From assembly GCA_963714015.1 (NCBI GenBank), contig OY970223.1:96001-160000 (forward strand): DNA of 64,000 nucleotides. The letters run 5' to 3'. This stretch comes from Vulcanimicrobiota bacterium. GTDB lineage: Bacteria; Vulcanimicrobiota; Vulcanimicrobiia; Vulcanimicrobiales; Vulcanimicrobiaceae. The notes below the pieces were generated by a model. The model saw only the letters and a program-made list of their open reading frames with translations, made no database searches and was not told where the DNA came from. Below are positions 10,408-21,940 of the stretch, piece after piece. The position numbers and the translations under genes are program-made. Position 1 is the stretch's first letter; every line of letters starts with the position of its first letter.

Positions 10408-10846
10408 ATGAATCCGCAGCCGACGACCGGTGAGATCCTCGAAGTGCTGCTCGACTTCCGCGACGCCGTTTCGAACCGATTCGACTTCGTCGATCGGACG
10501 CTCGCGGAACATTCTCGCGTATTGGAGCAACACTCTCAAACGCTGAACCGCCACGATCGCAAGCTCCAGTCGATTGACTTTCGGCTGGAGGGGGTCGACG
10601 AGCGGCTCGACACAATGGACGAGCGTTTCGACGGAGTCGATCGGCGGCTCGACAAAATGGACGAGCGTTTCGACGGAGTCGATCGGCGGCTCGACAAGAT
10701 GGACGAGCGTTTCGACGGAGTCGATCGGCGGTTCGACAAAGATGGACGAGCGTTTCGACGGAGTCGATCGGCGGTTCGACAAGATGGACGAGCGTTTCGA
10801 CGGAATGGATCGGCGGCTCGAGGTAATGGGGCAATACAGACGATAG
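10408..10846 (+). CDS. Heptad-repeat coiled-coil protein; +1 frameshift in an A-run at ~10740
   Basis: MDERFDGVDRR(L/F)DK repeats. One extra A in repeat 3 shifts the frame; the corrected frame ends LEVMGQYRR* at 10846. Confidence 0.7.
10615..10825 (+). repeat. Coding tandem repeat, 5 x 42 bp
   Basis: Unit ATGGACGAGCGTTTCGACGGAGTCGATCGGCGG(C/T)TCGACAA(A/G) starts at 10615, 10657, 10699 (43 bp), 10742 and 10784 (diverged). No spacers. Confidence 0.95.
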
Positions 10847-10851
10847 CGGTT

Positions 10852-11259
10852 CTAATGCAAGACGATCGCTACTGCCAGCAAAATTGCCGCGGCGTCTTCG
10901 ACGATCGCTGCAGGAATCGCATGAATCGCCGAGATGAGCCGCTCGCGCATAGCAAATCCGACATACGTTCCCGCGGCCGCTCCGGCGATACCGAGAACGG
11001 CACCCAGACTCGGGACGTCGCCGGCCGCTCCCGCGAGCATTGCCCCGCAGAATCCGCCGCTGAGGATCCGGACGAAGGGCGAGGGGAACGACGTTCGCGG
11101 GGGCACGTTGGGCAGCGCGTCAACGACGTACTCGCCTACGGCACAGGCCGCCAGCGCTAGTCCAACCCAGCCGCCGCGCAGAGCCAGATAAAGCACCGCA
11201 GCCGGGGTAAAAACCCTTAGGCCGGCTACGAACCCGATGGCGAAGGCAAGCAATACCAT
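10852..11259 (-). CDS. DUF4126-like membrane protein
   Basis: GFVAGLRVFTP and GEYVVDALPNVPPRT motifs; C-terminal AAIVEDAAAI. Confidence 0.7.
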   Translation of the reverse strand: MVLLAFAIGFVAGLRVFTPAAVLYLALRGGWVGLALAACAVGEYVVDALPNVPPRTSFPSPFVRILSGGFCGAMLAGAAGDVPSLGAVLGIAGAAAGTYVGFAMRERLISAIHAIPAAIVEDAAAILLAVAIVLH

Positions 11260-11311
11260 CCGTTGATTGTGCCAGACCGAAACATCCGCGGTCGCCGACC
11301 GATATAGGAAG

Positions 11312-11653
11312 ATGATGCCTGCACCCCCTGTCCTGTTCTCCGCGATGAAGAATTTCCGGCGCGTGATGCCGCTGATGCGCGACCTTCGGGTGCCGTTCGG
11401 CCTCAAAGCCGGAACGGTGGCCATGGCGCTGCTCATCATCTCGCCGCTGGACATCTTCGGCGACATTCCGATTCTGGGTTTGCTCGACGACGCGGTCTTG
11501 CTGACGCTGCTCGCCATGCTGTTCGTGAAGATTGCCGCGCGCGCGATCGAGCGCAACGTCACGCCGCGCCCGGTCACGCGGCCGAATAACGGCTCCCAGC
11601 CGTCCGGCAGCACGGTGCAGCTCCCGCCTGCGCGGCCGATCCGAAAAGCCTGA
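11312..11653 (+). CDS. YkvA/DUF1232 family small membrane protein
   Basis: ISPLDIFGDIPILGLLDD motif. Confidence 0.8.
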   Translation: MMPAPPVLFSAMKNFRRVMPLMRDLRVPFGLKAGTVAMALLIISPLDIFGDIPILGLLDDAVLLTLLAMLFVKIAARAIERNVTPRPVTRPNNGSQPSGSTVQLPPARPIRKA

Positions 11654-11662
11654 GCCTTCCGG

Positions 11663-13669
11663 CTACTTCTCGAGTACTACGCGCTCGGGATAGATCGGGC
11701 GATTGATGATGCGCTCGAGCGTTTTGGCGTCCGCGGTGAGAATCAATTCGCAGAAACGGGCAAAATCTTCCCGCGCCGCTTCACCTTCGGCAAAGCGTTC
11801 GTTTTTGGTCAGATCCACTTTACCGTTGACGGCGCGAAACCGCAAATAGCGGCCGTCGTCGTCGATCCCGCTTTCCAGGAGCCCTTCGTCCTCGAAGATT
11901 CGTGCCGCTACGCTAACGGTGCGATCGTTGGCCTTGTCCAAATCGAGCGTCCGAGCGATATCGGTAAACGTCATGCGCAGCTCGCCGCCTCGCGCCAATT
12001 CGCGCATGCCCTTGTACAATTCACGAAGGACCGCGATGGTCGGCGTCTCTTGATCGATGATGAACTCGTTGATGCGGCGATCGCTCGGGCCGAACAGCAA
12101 ATGAATCTGCGCGTCAACGCCGTCGCGTCCGGCTCGACCTGCCTGCTGGTTGAATTCGGTAAAGTCAAAGTTCAGATGATAGAGCACGACGTTCCGAACG
12201 TCGGGCAGGTCGATACCTTCTCCGAACGCTGAAGTCGCAACGATGATACGCAGGGCTCCGCTGCGGAACATGGACTCGACTTCAGCCCGCTCGCTCGAGG
12301 GCATCCCGGCGTGGTAGAACATCACCTCGTCGCGGTAACGGCGGCGCAGCGCCTCGGCGGTCTTGGTCGCTTCGCTGCGCGAATTGCAGTAGACGATACC
12401 CTTTCCGGTTGCGTCGTCGAAAAGATCGGTTAGGTACTTCACTTTGTCGCGCGTCGCGCGTGCATCGACAACGTGCAGATTCTCGCGCACGGTCGGATCG
12501 ACGACCCATGCATCGATCCGCAGATCCCGGACGATCTGCTTGAACGAATCGTCGCCCGCGGTTGCCGTAAGCGCGAGCACCTGCGCGCCGCCGAACGACG
12601 CGATCGTCGCTCCGAGTTTGCCATACGCTGGGCGGTGCTTTGACTCGAAGATGTGGTGCGCTTCGTCGACAACCAGAAACGAGGGCGAGCTTCGGCCGGT
12701 GAATGCCTCACGATGAAACTGCAGAAATTCGGGCGTTGCCAAGACGATGTCCCAACTGCCGCTCGCCAACGCCTCGTTCAGCGCTCTGCGTTCGTCCGCG
12801 CCGATCGATCCGTTCGCGCGAAGAATGCGCAGTCCTAAGGAGTCGAGGCGCCGCGAAAGCGCGTCGAATTGGTCGTTCGCCAGCGCCCGGAGCGGATAGA
12901 TGACCAGCGTCTTTTGCTCGGATTCGAGTGCGCGGTATACGGCCGGATACTGAAAACAGAACGACTTGCCGCGGCCGGTTCCCATTACGGCCAAGGTATT
13001 TCTTCCCGACTCTATGCGCGCAAGCACGGCAAGCTGCGGGTCCCGCGCACGAGCATCGCCCAGAAGCGCCCTGCGAACCGTTTCGTGATCCGCTTGCGCC
13101 CGCGACTGGACGGCGAACGCGTCGGGAGGCCGTTGAACCTCGCGTTCGACCCGAATGTTCGCACCGAAGTTTTTGACTTGGTCAGTGCCTTTGAGCGATG
13201 ACGTTCCGCCGGTGACGTGCTCGATGCGGGCTCGATAGCGTCCCCCAGCATCGATAATCGGCGCCAGGTGCTTGGCTATTTGCCGGCGCAGAAAGCCCAG
13301 CTGAAGCGCACCGTAATACACCGCGACGGCGTTTTCGTCGACCGGATTTTGCGGCTGACGGCGCAGTTCCAGCTCCAGTCCCGGAACCAGGCCCGCAATC
13401 GTATCTTGACGTCCCTCGAATGAGACCCCGACAATCTTTGTGGGAAACGAATCGCGTTCGCCGATTCCCGCAAAGGGATCGCGCTGCAAAAACTTCGCGC
13501 TTTGCGCGAACATGCTCTCGACGAACGATTGTGTTTCAGGGGAGCGCTCCGCCCCGGACGGCGCAGCGCCGGATGACGCGTCGAAAGACTCGAGCAGTCT
13601 TTCGAAAGCCGCCTCCGACTTAGTCGGAGGCGGCAGAGGTTTATTGGCGGTCCGGCTGCGCCGATTCAT
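11663..13669 (-). CDS. HIRAN domain + RecQ-like DEAH-box helicase
   Basis: HIRAN (TKIVGVSFEGRQ...LRRQPQNPVDENAVAV...LGFL); MGTGRGKS, VVDEAHH, LTATA, ATSAFGEGID, QQAGRAGRDG. Confidence 0.88.
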   Translation of the reverse strand: MNRRSRTANKPLPPPTKSEAAFERLLESFDASSGAAPSGAERSPETQSFVESMFAQSAKFLQRDPFAGIGERDSFPTKIVGVSFEGRQDTIAGLVPGLELELRRQPQNPVDENAVAVYYGALQLGFLRRQIAKHLAPIIDAGGRYRARIEHVTGGTSSLKGTDQVKNFGANIRVEREVQRPPDAFAVQSRAQADHETVRRALLGDARARDPQLAVLARIESGRNTLAVMGTGRGKSFCFQYPAVYRALESEQKTLVIYPLRALANDQFDALSRRLDSLGLRILRANGSIGADERRALNEALASGSWDIVLATPEFLQFHREAFTGRSSPSFLVVDEAHHIFESKHRPAYGKLGATIASFGGAQVLALTATAGDDSFKQIVRDLRIDAWVVDPTVRENLHVVDARATRDKVKYLTDLFDDATGKGIVYCNSRSEATKTAEALRRRYRDEVMFYHAGMPSSERAEVESMFRSGALRIIVATSAFGEGIDLPDVRNVVLYHLNFDFTEFNQQAGRAGRDGVDAQIHLLFGPSDRRINEFIIDQETPTIAVLRELYKGMRELARGGELRMTFTDIARTLDLDKANDRTVSVAARIFEDEGLLESGIDDDGRYLRFRAVNGKVDLTKNERFAEGEAAREDFARFCELILTADAKTLERIINRPIYPERVVLEK

Positions 13670-14984
13670 CGTGCGGCGGCAGCGGCTGCTCCGGTTCGAA
13701 CTCGTCCAGGTTCAAACTGATCTCTTCATGTCCCTGATCCATCGCGGCTTCGTGCAGTCCCGAACGTTGAGCGTCGAGCGGATCGATCTCTTCATCGTAC
13801 GACTCCGGCGCTTCCTCGATGACAGTCGTTGCCGTGGGCGACGCCGAGTCCGTCCGTTTGCGTTTGTATCTTGTGGGCGCGGCCGAAACGGGACGCGGCG
13901 TCTTGGCCTTCTCCCGTCGCGCTTTGCGCGCCGCGACGATGTCTTCGCGCGCAATGCCGGCATGCGATCCGAGCGCCTTGCTCTCGGCAACGCTGCGCGC
14001 CGAACGCGTACGATCCGAAGACAACCCGGCCGCCCGCTTACGCGCGGCCTGCACGAGCTGACGTTTGCGGAACCCGAGCACCAGCGGCGCCGAGAAGAAA
14101 ATCGAGTGGTAGCCGCCGGAGCAAATGCCGACCAGCAGCGCGAAGGCGAAGTTCTTGAGCGATCCGCCGCCCAGCGCCAGCAGCGCGACCAAGGTGATGA
14201 CGACCGTCGCCAAGGTGTTGAACGAGCGGGTCATCGTCTGCAAGATCGACGTGTTGACGATCTTCTCGTAGGGCGCGCCCGCCATGACCTTCGTGTTCTC
14301 GCGAATACGGTCGAGGATGACGATCGTGTCCATGACTGAGTAACCGATGACGGTCAGCACGGCCGCCAGGAACGCGTCGTCGGCCTTCTTGCCGGCCATC
14401 GCGTAGATGCCGACCATCATGAACGCATCGCGAACCAGCGCGATGACGGTGACCAGACCGAAGATGTAGTTCCATCCGAACCGGAACGCAATGTAGATGA
14501 ATTGGATGACAAGCGCGATGACGAGCGCTTCGATCGCCTTGGTCAAATATTCGCGCCCGAGCGTCGGACCTACGGAGGTAATCTGCGATCTTTGCCGGTC
14601 CACCGGTGCGAGTTTGCCGAGCGCCGTCCACAGTTGCGGCGTGCTGTTGCCGAAGGCGACCTGCGTCTCTTCGACGTCGTAGCGCATCCAGCCGTTGCCC
14701 GTCTGATTGCCGACGGTGCGGAGTTCCATATCGGTGACGCCAAGCGAATTGAACGTCGATCGGACGGCCTGCTGCGTAACGGGCTGCGTGAAGTTCACGC
14801 TGATCGACGTGCCGCCCGTAAACGAGAGGCCGAGCTGCATCATCTTGCCGGGCTGAAAGCCGTGGCCGCCGGCAAAGCCGTGATAGAACATCGAACCGAG
14901 GCCGGCCGCAATGAGCAGAGACGAGATGAGAGAGACGGTACGAAACCATCCGACGATGTTCCAGTTCAGTCTGCGGAAAAACAT
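13641..14984 (-). CDS. secF: Protein translocase subunit SecF
   Basis: LGLSFTGGT, SVGPTLG, IGYSVMDTIVILDRIREN, QTMTRSFNT. Confidence 0.95.
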   Translation of the reverse strand: MFFRRLNWNIVGWFRTVSLISSLLIAAGLGSMFYHGFAGGHGFQPGKMMQLGLSFTGGTSISVNFTQPVTQQAVRSTFNSLGVTDMELRTVGNQTGNGWMRYDVEETQVAFGNSTPQLWTALGKLAPVDRQRSQITSVGPTLGREYLTKAIEALVIALVIQFIYIAFRFGWNYIFGLVTVIALVRDAFMMVGIYAMAGKKADDAFLAAVLTVIGYSVMDTIVILDRIRENTKVMAGAPYEKIVNTSILQTMTRSFNTLATVVITLVALLALGGGSLKNFAFALLVGICSGGYHSIFFSAPLVLGFRKRQLVQAARKRAAGLSSDRTRSARSVAESKALGSHAGIAREDIVAARKARREKAKTPRPVSAAPTRYKRKRTDSASPTATTVIEEAPESYDEEIDPLDAQRSGLHEAAMDQGHEEISLNLDEFEPEQPLPPHDESAQPDRQ

Positions 14985-14987
14985 CGG

Positions 14988-16337
<1,350 letters not shown>

Positions 16338-16390
16338 TGCATACCATAAGAAAAAGCGGTGCCCGCCACATGGGCGGGTCAAACCCTAAG

Positions 16391-16419
16391 AGTCTAACAG
16401 CCCGGGGTTGGACCGTCAA
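16391..16419 (-). promoter_or_regulatory. Sigma70-type promoter for secDF
   Basis: TTGACG-N17-TAGACT with extended TGn; same hexamers and spacing as the rplM promoter. Confidence 0.7.
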
Positions 16420-16441
16420 ATTGGGGCCTCTCGGAATTCTC

Positions 16442-18505
16442 CTAGGCCGCCTGCGGCCCTTGTGCTCCTTCCTTAAAAGGATCATCCTTAACGATTCCGG
16501 CCGGAACGATTCGCACTTCCGAGGGCACCTCGGCATAACTGCAGACGTTCAGACGCAAGCCTGAACGAAGGAAAAAGTCGGCGAGCAACGGGCGAACGGA
16601 TCCCGTGCAGAGCAGCATCCCGTGCCCCTCGGGAAGGGACCGTGCATAGGCCGCAGCTTGGTCGCGGATCCAAAGCGCTGCCTCCGGTTCCACTCCCAGC
16701 GGGCCTGCGTGAAGCGACTCGGCCAGCCGCCGCTCGAGCTCGGGGTCCAGGAGCAGCGGCTCGACCGTCTCGACTCCCCGCCGGCGGAGCTGGGCCGGAA
16801 GCAGCACCTTTCGTGCCGCTTCGGCGAGGTCGCGAGGATCGCGGCTCGTCGCGCAGGCTTCGATCATCGCTTCGAGCACCGCCACCGGGTCGCGCGGCCA
16901 AACGCGCTCTCGAAGAAGCAGGCCGAACGCTTTCTGCACCGCGGCCAGCGGGAGCGCGTCGGTTCCGACTTCTTTTACGACGGTCGGAACGCTGACGCGC
17001 AGATGTTCGAGCAACGTTTGCAATTCTTGCCTACCCAGCAGCACCGCCGCATAGCTGCGGGCGACTTCGGCAAGGTGCGAGCCCGCGACGGAGATCGGAT
17101 CGAATACGAGCGCGCCTTCTTCCAGTGCCGCCTCACGGTGGTCCGGCTCGATCCACTTGGCGTTCAATCCGTAGACAGGCTCGAGCGCGGCAATTCCATC
17201 CAGACGTTCCAGCACCGCGTCGTCGGCGACGGCGAGCATGCGCGTCAGATCCAGCCATCCTTCACCGGCGAGCTCATCGCGAACGCGAATGCCGTAGGTA
17301 TCCGGATCGCGCGCCAGATCGTCGCGCAGTCTCACGCCGGGCAAAACGATACCGATCTCGGCCGCAAGCGCGCGGCGCACTTCACCGACGCGATCGAGCA
17401 GTGCGTCCGCAAGCGGAGGGGCGAGAAGTTGCGCGAGGTTCGCGCCGATTTCGATGCAGACCGCGTCGACGCCGACCAATCCTAACGCGAGTTCCGGACG
17501 GCGAATCGCTTGGCGCTTCGCGAGTTCGCGCTCCTGTCTTGCGCTCTGCAAGACGAACTGATTGCGCTTTTGCGCAAAGTGGGCGGCGGCGAACGCGCAC
17601 GTACCCAAAACGATGAACACCGGCCGAGGCAACGCCGGAACGAGCGCAAGTGCAAAGAGCAGGCCGCCGGCCACCCGCAGGATCTCCGGACGCGCGAAGA
17701 GCTGCGCCGCCAAGTCGGATCCGAGCGAGCCGTCCGAAGCGACGCGAGTGACCATCATGCCCATCGCCGTGGAGATCAAGAACGCGGGCAGCGTCGTGAC
17801 CAGCGCGTTGCCGATGGTAAGCAGGGCATAAGTGCGCAGGGCATCGGACGGCGCCATGCCGTGGTAGACCGCACCCACGATCACACCGCCCGCCAGATTG
17901 AGCGCGACGATGATCAGCGCTGCGATCGCATCGCCCTTCACGAACTTTCCGGCGCCGTCCATTGCGCCGTAAAAATCGGCTTCTCTTTGCACCAATTGGC
18001 GCTTCGCGCGCGCGCCTTCCGCATCGAGAACGCCGGCGTGCACGTCGGCGTCGATGGCCATTTGCTTGCCGGGCATTGCATCGAGCGTGAAGCGCGCGGC
18101 AACCTCGGCGACACGCCCGGAACCGCTCGCGATCACGACGAACTGGATAGTGATGAGGATCGCGAATACGATCAGACCGACGACAAGATTTCCGCGCACG
18201 ACAAACTCGCCGAACGCAGGGATGATCGCGCCGGCGCCTCCGGGTTCGTGACCTTGCGTAAGAATCAAACGCGTTGCGGAAACGTCGAGCGAAAGGCGGA
18301 ACAGCGTTGCCATGAGCAGTGCGGGCGCAAACGCGGAGAACTCCAGTGGTTCCTCTACGGTTACGCTCAGCAGCAAGACGAGCGCCGACGCGAAGACGTT
18401 GACGCCGAGCAGCAAGTCCAATAACGGCGGCGGCAGCGGAACGATCAGGATAGCGACAATCGACAGGAGCACCGCCGCAAAAGTATACGTTGGAATGCGG
18501 TTCAT
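16442..18505 (-). CDS. flhA: Flagellar type III export gate protein FlhA
   Basis: TLFRLSLDVSATRLIL, RVAEVAARFTLDAMPGKQMAIDAD, EADFYGAMDGAGKFVKGDA; 687 aa. Confidence 0.95.
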   Translation of the reverse strand: MNRIPTYTFAAVLLSIVAILIVPLPPPLLDLLLGVNVFASALVLLLSVTVEEPLEFSAFAPALLMATLFRLSLDVSATRLILTQGHEPGGAGAIIPAFGEFVVRGNLVVGLIVFAILITIQFVVIASGSGRVAEVAARFTLDAMPGKQMAIDADVHAGVLDAEGARAKRQLVQREADFYGAMDGAGKFVKGDAIAALIIVALNLAGGVIVGAVYHGMAPSDALRTYALLTIGNALVTTLPAFLISTAMGMMVTRVASDGSLGSDLAAQLFARPEILRVAGGLLFALALVPALPRPVFIVLGTCAFAAAHFAQKRNQFVLQSARQERELAKRQAIRRPELALGLVGVDAVCIEIGANLAQLLAPPLADALLDRVGEVRRALAAEIGIVLPGVRLRDDLARDPDTYGIRVRDELAGEGWLDLTRMLAVADDAVLERLDGIAALEPVYGLNAKWIEPDHREAALEEGALVFDPISVAGSHLAEVARSYAAVLLGRQELQTLLEHLRVSVPTVVKEVGTDALPLAAVQKAFGLLLRERVWPRDPVAVLEAMIEACATSRDPRDLAEAARKVLLPAQLRRRGVETVEPLLLDPELERRLAESLHAGPLGVEPEAALWIRDQAAAYARSLPEGHGMLLCTGSVRPLLADFFLRSGLRLNVCSYAEVPSEVRIVPAGIVKDDPFKEGAQGPQAA

Positions 18506-19497
18506 CGGGCTCCCTGGAGCGCGACGACGATCTCGGCGACGGCGACATACGTTTCGCGCGGAATGAAATCGCCGCTGCGGGCAGCGCCGTAGAGAGCGCG
18601 CGCGAGCGGAACGTCCTCGATAACCGGCACGCCGTGAAGCGCCGCGAGCTCTCTGACGCGCAGCGCGGCTTCATCAGCGGCGCGCACCAGCAGTCGCGGC
18701 ACCGGAACATCGGGAGGACGGTACTCGAGCGCCACTGCGACGTGCGTGGGGTTCACGACGACGAAAGCCGCGTCTTTGACTTTGGCAAGCGAACCGCGCG
18801 AGATCTGACGATGCAGCGATCGCCGGCGCCCGCGCGCGGCCGGGTCGCCGTCGTTCTCCTTTTGGTCGCGTTTGAGCTCTTCGTGCGACATGCGCAGCCG
18901 CTTCCTCCAGCGCTCCAGTTGCACGCCGTAGTCTCCTGCTGCAAAGATCGCGCCGACGACGCATGCGGCGATGCAATTGTGGATCGCACCGGACCAGGCT
19001 GCTTCCCCGACGCTGCGCAGGTCCCCCGAGTGCAGCGCCGCCGCAAAGATTGCACCGAACACGGGGACGATCGCGCAAGCGGACGCGGCGACAGCCACTC
19101 CCGCGCGTGCGACCGTGACGAGCGACTCGCGGGAAAAAGCACGCTTGAGATTCTCCACCGCGTTGAGGCGCTCGGTTTTTATGCTGATGGCGCAAAAGCG
19201 AATGCCTCCGGTTTGAACTGCATTCGCGGCGAGGGCGGCGGCGCCGGCACAAGCCGGCGGCAGAGCGGCGAAGGCGATCGTGCGAACGAATGCGGCGACG
19301 TCGACGATTCCGTGCGCGGCTGAAGTCAGCATTGCGGCCGCCGCGGCGCCCAGTTGCTGAATCGCCCAAGCTGCCGCGGCCAAACCGGTACCGAACGCAA
19401 CCGCTCCGGCCAGTTCGGTCGAGCGAGCGGCGTCGCCCTCGCGCTTGGCCTTCTCCATGCGCGAAGCGGTCGCTTCAAATGGTTTTTCTTCGGCCAC
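18502..19497 (-). CDS. flhB: Export switch protein FlhB
   Basis: EEKPFEATASRMEKAKREG, LRMSHEELKRDQKENDGDP, intact NPTH autocleavage motif. Confidence 0.93.
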   Translation of the reverse strand: MAEEKPFEATASRMEKAKREGDAARSTELAGAVAFGTGLAAAAWAIQQLGAAAAAMLTSAAHGIVDVAAFVRTIAFAALPPACAGAAALAANAVQTGGIRFCAISIKTERLNAVENLKRAFSRESLVTVARAGVAVAASACAIVPVFGAIFAAALHSGDLRSVGEAAWSGAIHNCIAACVVGAIFAAGDYGVQLERWRKRLRMSHEELKRDQKENDGDPAARGRRRSLHRQISRGSLAKVKDAAFVVVNPTHVAVALEYRPPDVPVPRLLVRAADEAALRVRELAALHGVPVIEDVPLARALYGAARSGDFIPRETYVAVAEIVVALQGAR

Positions 19498-19498
19498 G

Positions 19499-20218
19499 TC
19501 AATGCGCCGGCAAAAATGGAATTTGCAGCCACGGCGCGGCGCTCCGATCGAAAACGATCGGAATGCTAAGGAGCGTGGCGCATACGGCCGTGCCGAAGAC
19601 GAGCGGAAATGAAAGCGTGAACGTAGCGAAGCGAGGAATGACGCGCGAGAGCGCCGCCAGCGTCACCTGCACCACAAAGGCGAGTGCGATCGCAGGAGCG
19701 GCTACCAAGAGTGCGGCTTCCACGATCGAAAGCGGCAGCGCCGCGGCAAATTCGTACACGTCGCGCGATGCCGGAAGAACCCCCGGCGGCACGCTTCGAA
19801 AGCTCTGCGCAAACGCGTAGAGGGCAACGCGGTATCCGCCGAGCAAAAAATAGCCTGCGGTGAAGACCATCGACCAGATACGACCGAAGGCGGACGCAGC
19901 GAAGATCTGAACGTTCGGCATGCTGCCGCGGATCCCGACGTAATCGTCGAGCGCGCGCCCGCCGGCATAAGCACCGTCGTAAAGTATCGACGCGCCGATT
20001 CCGATCGCGGCGCCCACGGCAAAATCGCTCGCCGCCGATGCAGCAAGAAGTATTCCGTCAACGTGCCGCGCCGGCTGCACCGCCGGCGTGAGCGCCGCTG
20101 CAAGCAGCAGAGCGAAAGCAGCTCTTACGGCAGACGGCACGCTTGGGTGCGAGAATCCCGGCGCTCGGAAAACGAATCCGGCGCAGCGAGCGAAAACGAG
20201 TAGTGCGGTTGCCGTCAC
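19499..20218 (-). CDS. fliR: Export gate protein FliR
   Basis: LLVFARCAGFVFRAPGFS...VP..VR and LAALSRVIPRF; GTG start overlaps the fliQ stop (GTGA). Confidence 0.88.
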   Translation of the reverse strand: MTATALLVFARCAGFVFRAPGFSHPSVPSAVRAAFALLLAAALTPAVQPARHVDGILLAASAASDFAVGAAIGIGASILYDGAYAGGRALDDYVGIRGSMPNVQIFAASAFGRIWSMVFTAGYFLLGGYRVALYAFAQSFRSVPPGVLPASRDVYEFAAALPLSIVEAALLVAAPAIALAFVVQVTLAALSRVIPRFATFTLSFPLVFGTAVCATLLSIPIVFDRSAAPWLQIPFLPAH

Positions 20219-20481
20219 AGGTGGGTAAGGCTGTCGAGCTGAGTGATGACGTCGTTGAAGAGTCCGGCGCACAGATGCATCCCGAACGATCCCGCCAGCG
20301 CCACCATGATTCCGACGCCGAGCAGCTTGGGCAGCAGCGATATCGTCTGTTCCTGAATCTGGGTAGCCGCCTGAAACACTGCGACTGCGGTGCCGATGAG
20401 GGTTGCAACAGCCAGCACGGGGAGACACAGGAGCGCCGCGTCCATGAGCGTTTCGCGCAAGAGCGCATCGAATGCCGCCAT
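20215..20481 (-). CDS. fliQ: Export gate protein FliQ
   Basis: [17 protein letters not shown]; 88 aa from ATG 20481. Confidence 0.93.
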   Translation of the reverse strand: MAAFDALLRETLMDAALLCLPVLAVATLIGTAVAVFQAATQIQEQTISLLPKLLGVGIMVALAGSFGMHLCAGLFNDVITQLDSLTHL

Positions 20482-20572
20482 GCCGCCAAGATACGCGTCG
20501 AAGATTTCCGCTTTGCTACCGGTCCGTTGTCGTTGCAAGAGTCGCGCCGCGCTTGGACAAAAGAGGGAGGCG

Positions 20573-21931
20573 ATGAACTGGCGCTTTGTGATTCCGGCAG
20601 TGAGTTTAGCGTTGCTGCCGGCCTGCGGAGGCGGCGGTCCGGCGAGCGTGGGAGTTCCCGGACCCACGCAGACGCCCACGGCAACGATCCCGCCTTCGCC
20701 CTCTCCTGCTCCCGCCGGAAAAATCACGCACGTCGTCATCATCATTCAGGAGAACCGCTCGCCGGATAATCTCTTTCAAGGCCTTCCGGGCGCGGATATC
20801 TCGAGCGTCGGACTCGACTCCAACGGCAACACCGTACCGCTTCAGCCGGTGAGTCTTACGGCACCGTACGATCTGGATCACACGCACACCGGTTTTCTCA
20901 CCGAATTCAACGGCGGCCAAATGAACGGATTCGACAAAGAGAAATCGAGCTGTCCTTTGCATAACTGCAATACGGTCACCGCATACGGTTACGTACCCCG
21001 CTCGGAGACCGAGCCGTACTTCCACATGGCGCAGACTTACACGTTCGCGGATCGCATGTTCCAATCGAATGCGGGGCCGAGCTTCCCGGCACACCAATAT
21101 TTGCTGAGCGGCACCTCCGCGGTTTCGACGGGCAGTAATCTCTACGCTTCGGAAAATCCGGTGTACGCAAACGGCAACAAGGGAGACTGCGACGGCGATC
21201 CCAATTCCCGCGTCACGCTCATCGACATTCTGACCGGAGTCGAAAACGCAACCCAATTCCCGTGCTTCGATCATGCGACGATGTTCGACGTGATGGATCG
21301 AGCGGGCGTATCGTACAAGTACTATACGTCCACGGTCGACGGGCTGTGGGGAGCGCCGGATGCGATATCGCATATCCGGTTCGGTTCCGATTGGGCGCGG
21401 GTGGTCGAGCCGGACAAGCAGATCTTCAGCGACATCACTGCAAATACGCTGCCCGCGGTTTCCTGGGTAATACCGACTGCCGAAGAGAGCGATCACGCCG
21501 ACGGCAATGACGGGACTGGTCCTTCCTGGGTTGCCTCGGTCGTGAATGCCGTCGGTCAGTCGCAATACTGGCCGAACACTGCGATCTTTGTGACGTGGGA
21601 TGATTGGGGCGGATGGTACGATCACGTCAAACCGCAGCAGTTCAATGCGTACGAGCTGGGGTTTCGCGTGCCGCTCATCGTCATCTCACCGTATGCTCGC
21701 CCCGCTTACGTTTCGCACGTGCAGCATGAGTTCGGCAGTATCTTGCATTTCACGGAAGAGCAGCTGGGCCTCTCCTCGCTCGGATTTACCGATGCGCGAG
21801 CCGACGATTTGAAGGACTGCTTCGATTTTTCGCAGCCGCCGCTGGCTTTTCACACGATTCAATCGCGTTTCAAAGCAAGTTACTTCATCCATCTTCCGCC
21901 CTCGAACAAACCGGTCGACACCGATTTTTAA
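20573..21931 (+). CDS. Phosphoesterase / phospholipase C (AcpA-like) lipoprotein
   Basis: GGGAGG RBS, lipobox [44 protein letters not shown]. Confidence 0.9.
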   Translation: MNWRFVIPAVSLALLPACGGGGPASVGVPGPTQTPTATIPPSPSPAPAGKITHVVIIIQENRSPDNLFQGLPGADISSVGLDSNGNTVPLQPVSLTAPYDLDHTHTGFLTEFNGGQMNGFDKEKSSCPLHNCNTVTAYGYVPRSETEPYFHMAQTYTFADRMFQSNAGPSFPAHQYLLSGTSAVSTGSNLYASENPVYANGNKGDCDGDPNSRVTLIDILTGVENATQFPCFDHATMFDVMDRAGVSYKYYTSTVDGLWGAPDAISHIRFGSDWARVVEPDKQIFSDITANTLPAVSWVIPTAEESDHADGNDGTGPSWVASVVNAVGQSQYWPNTAIFVTWDDWGGWYDHVKPQQFNAYELGFRVPLIVISPYARPAYVSHVQHEFGSILHFTEEQLGLSSLGFTDARADDLKDCFDFSQPPLAFHTIQSRFKASYFIHLPPSNKPVDTDF

Positions 21932-21940
21932 ACTCCGCGT

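Noticed and set aside
10615..10825. CRISPR array
   Set aside because: The units are contiguous with no unique spacers, are a multiple of 3 and encode heptads; no cas genes nearby.
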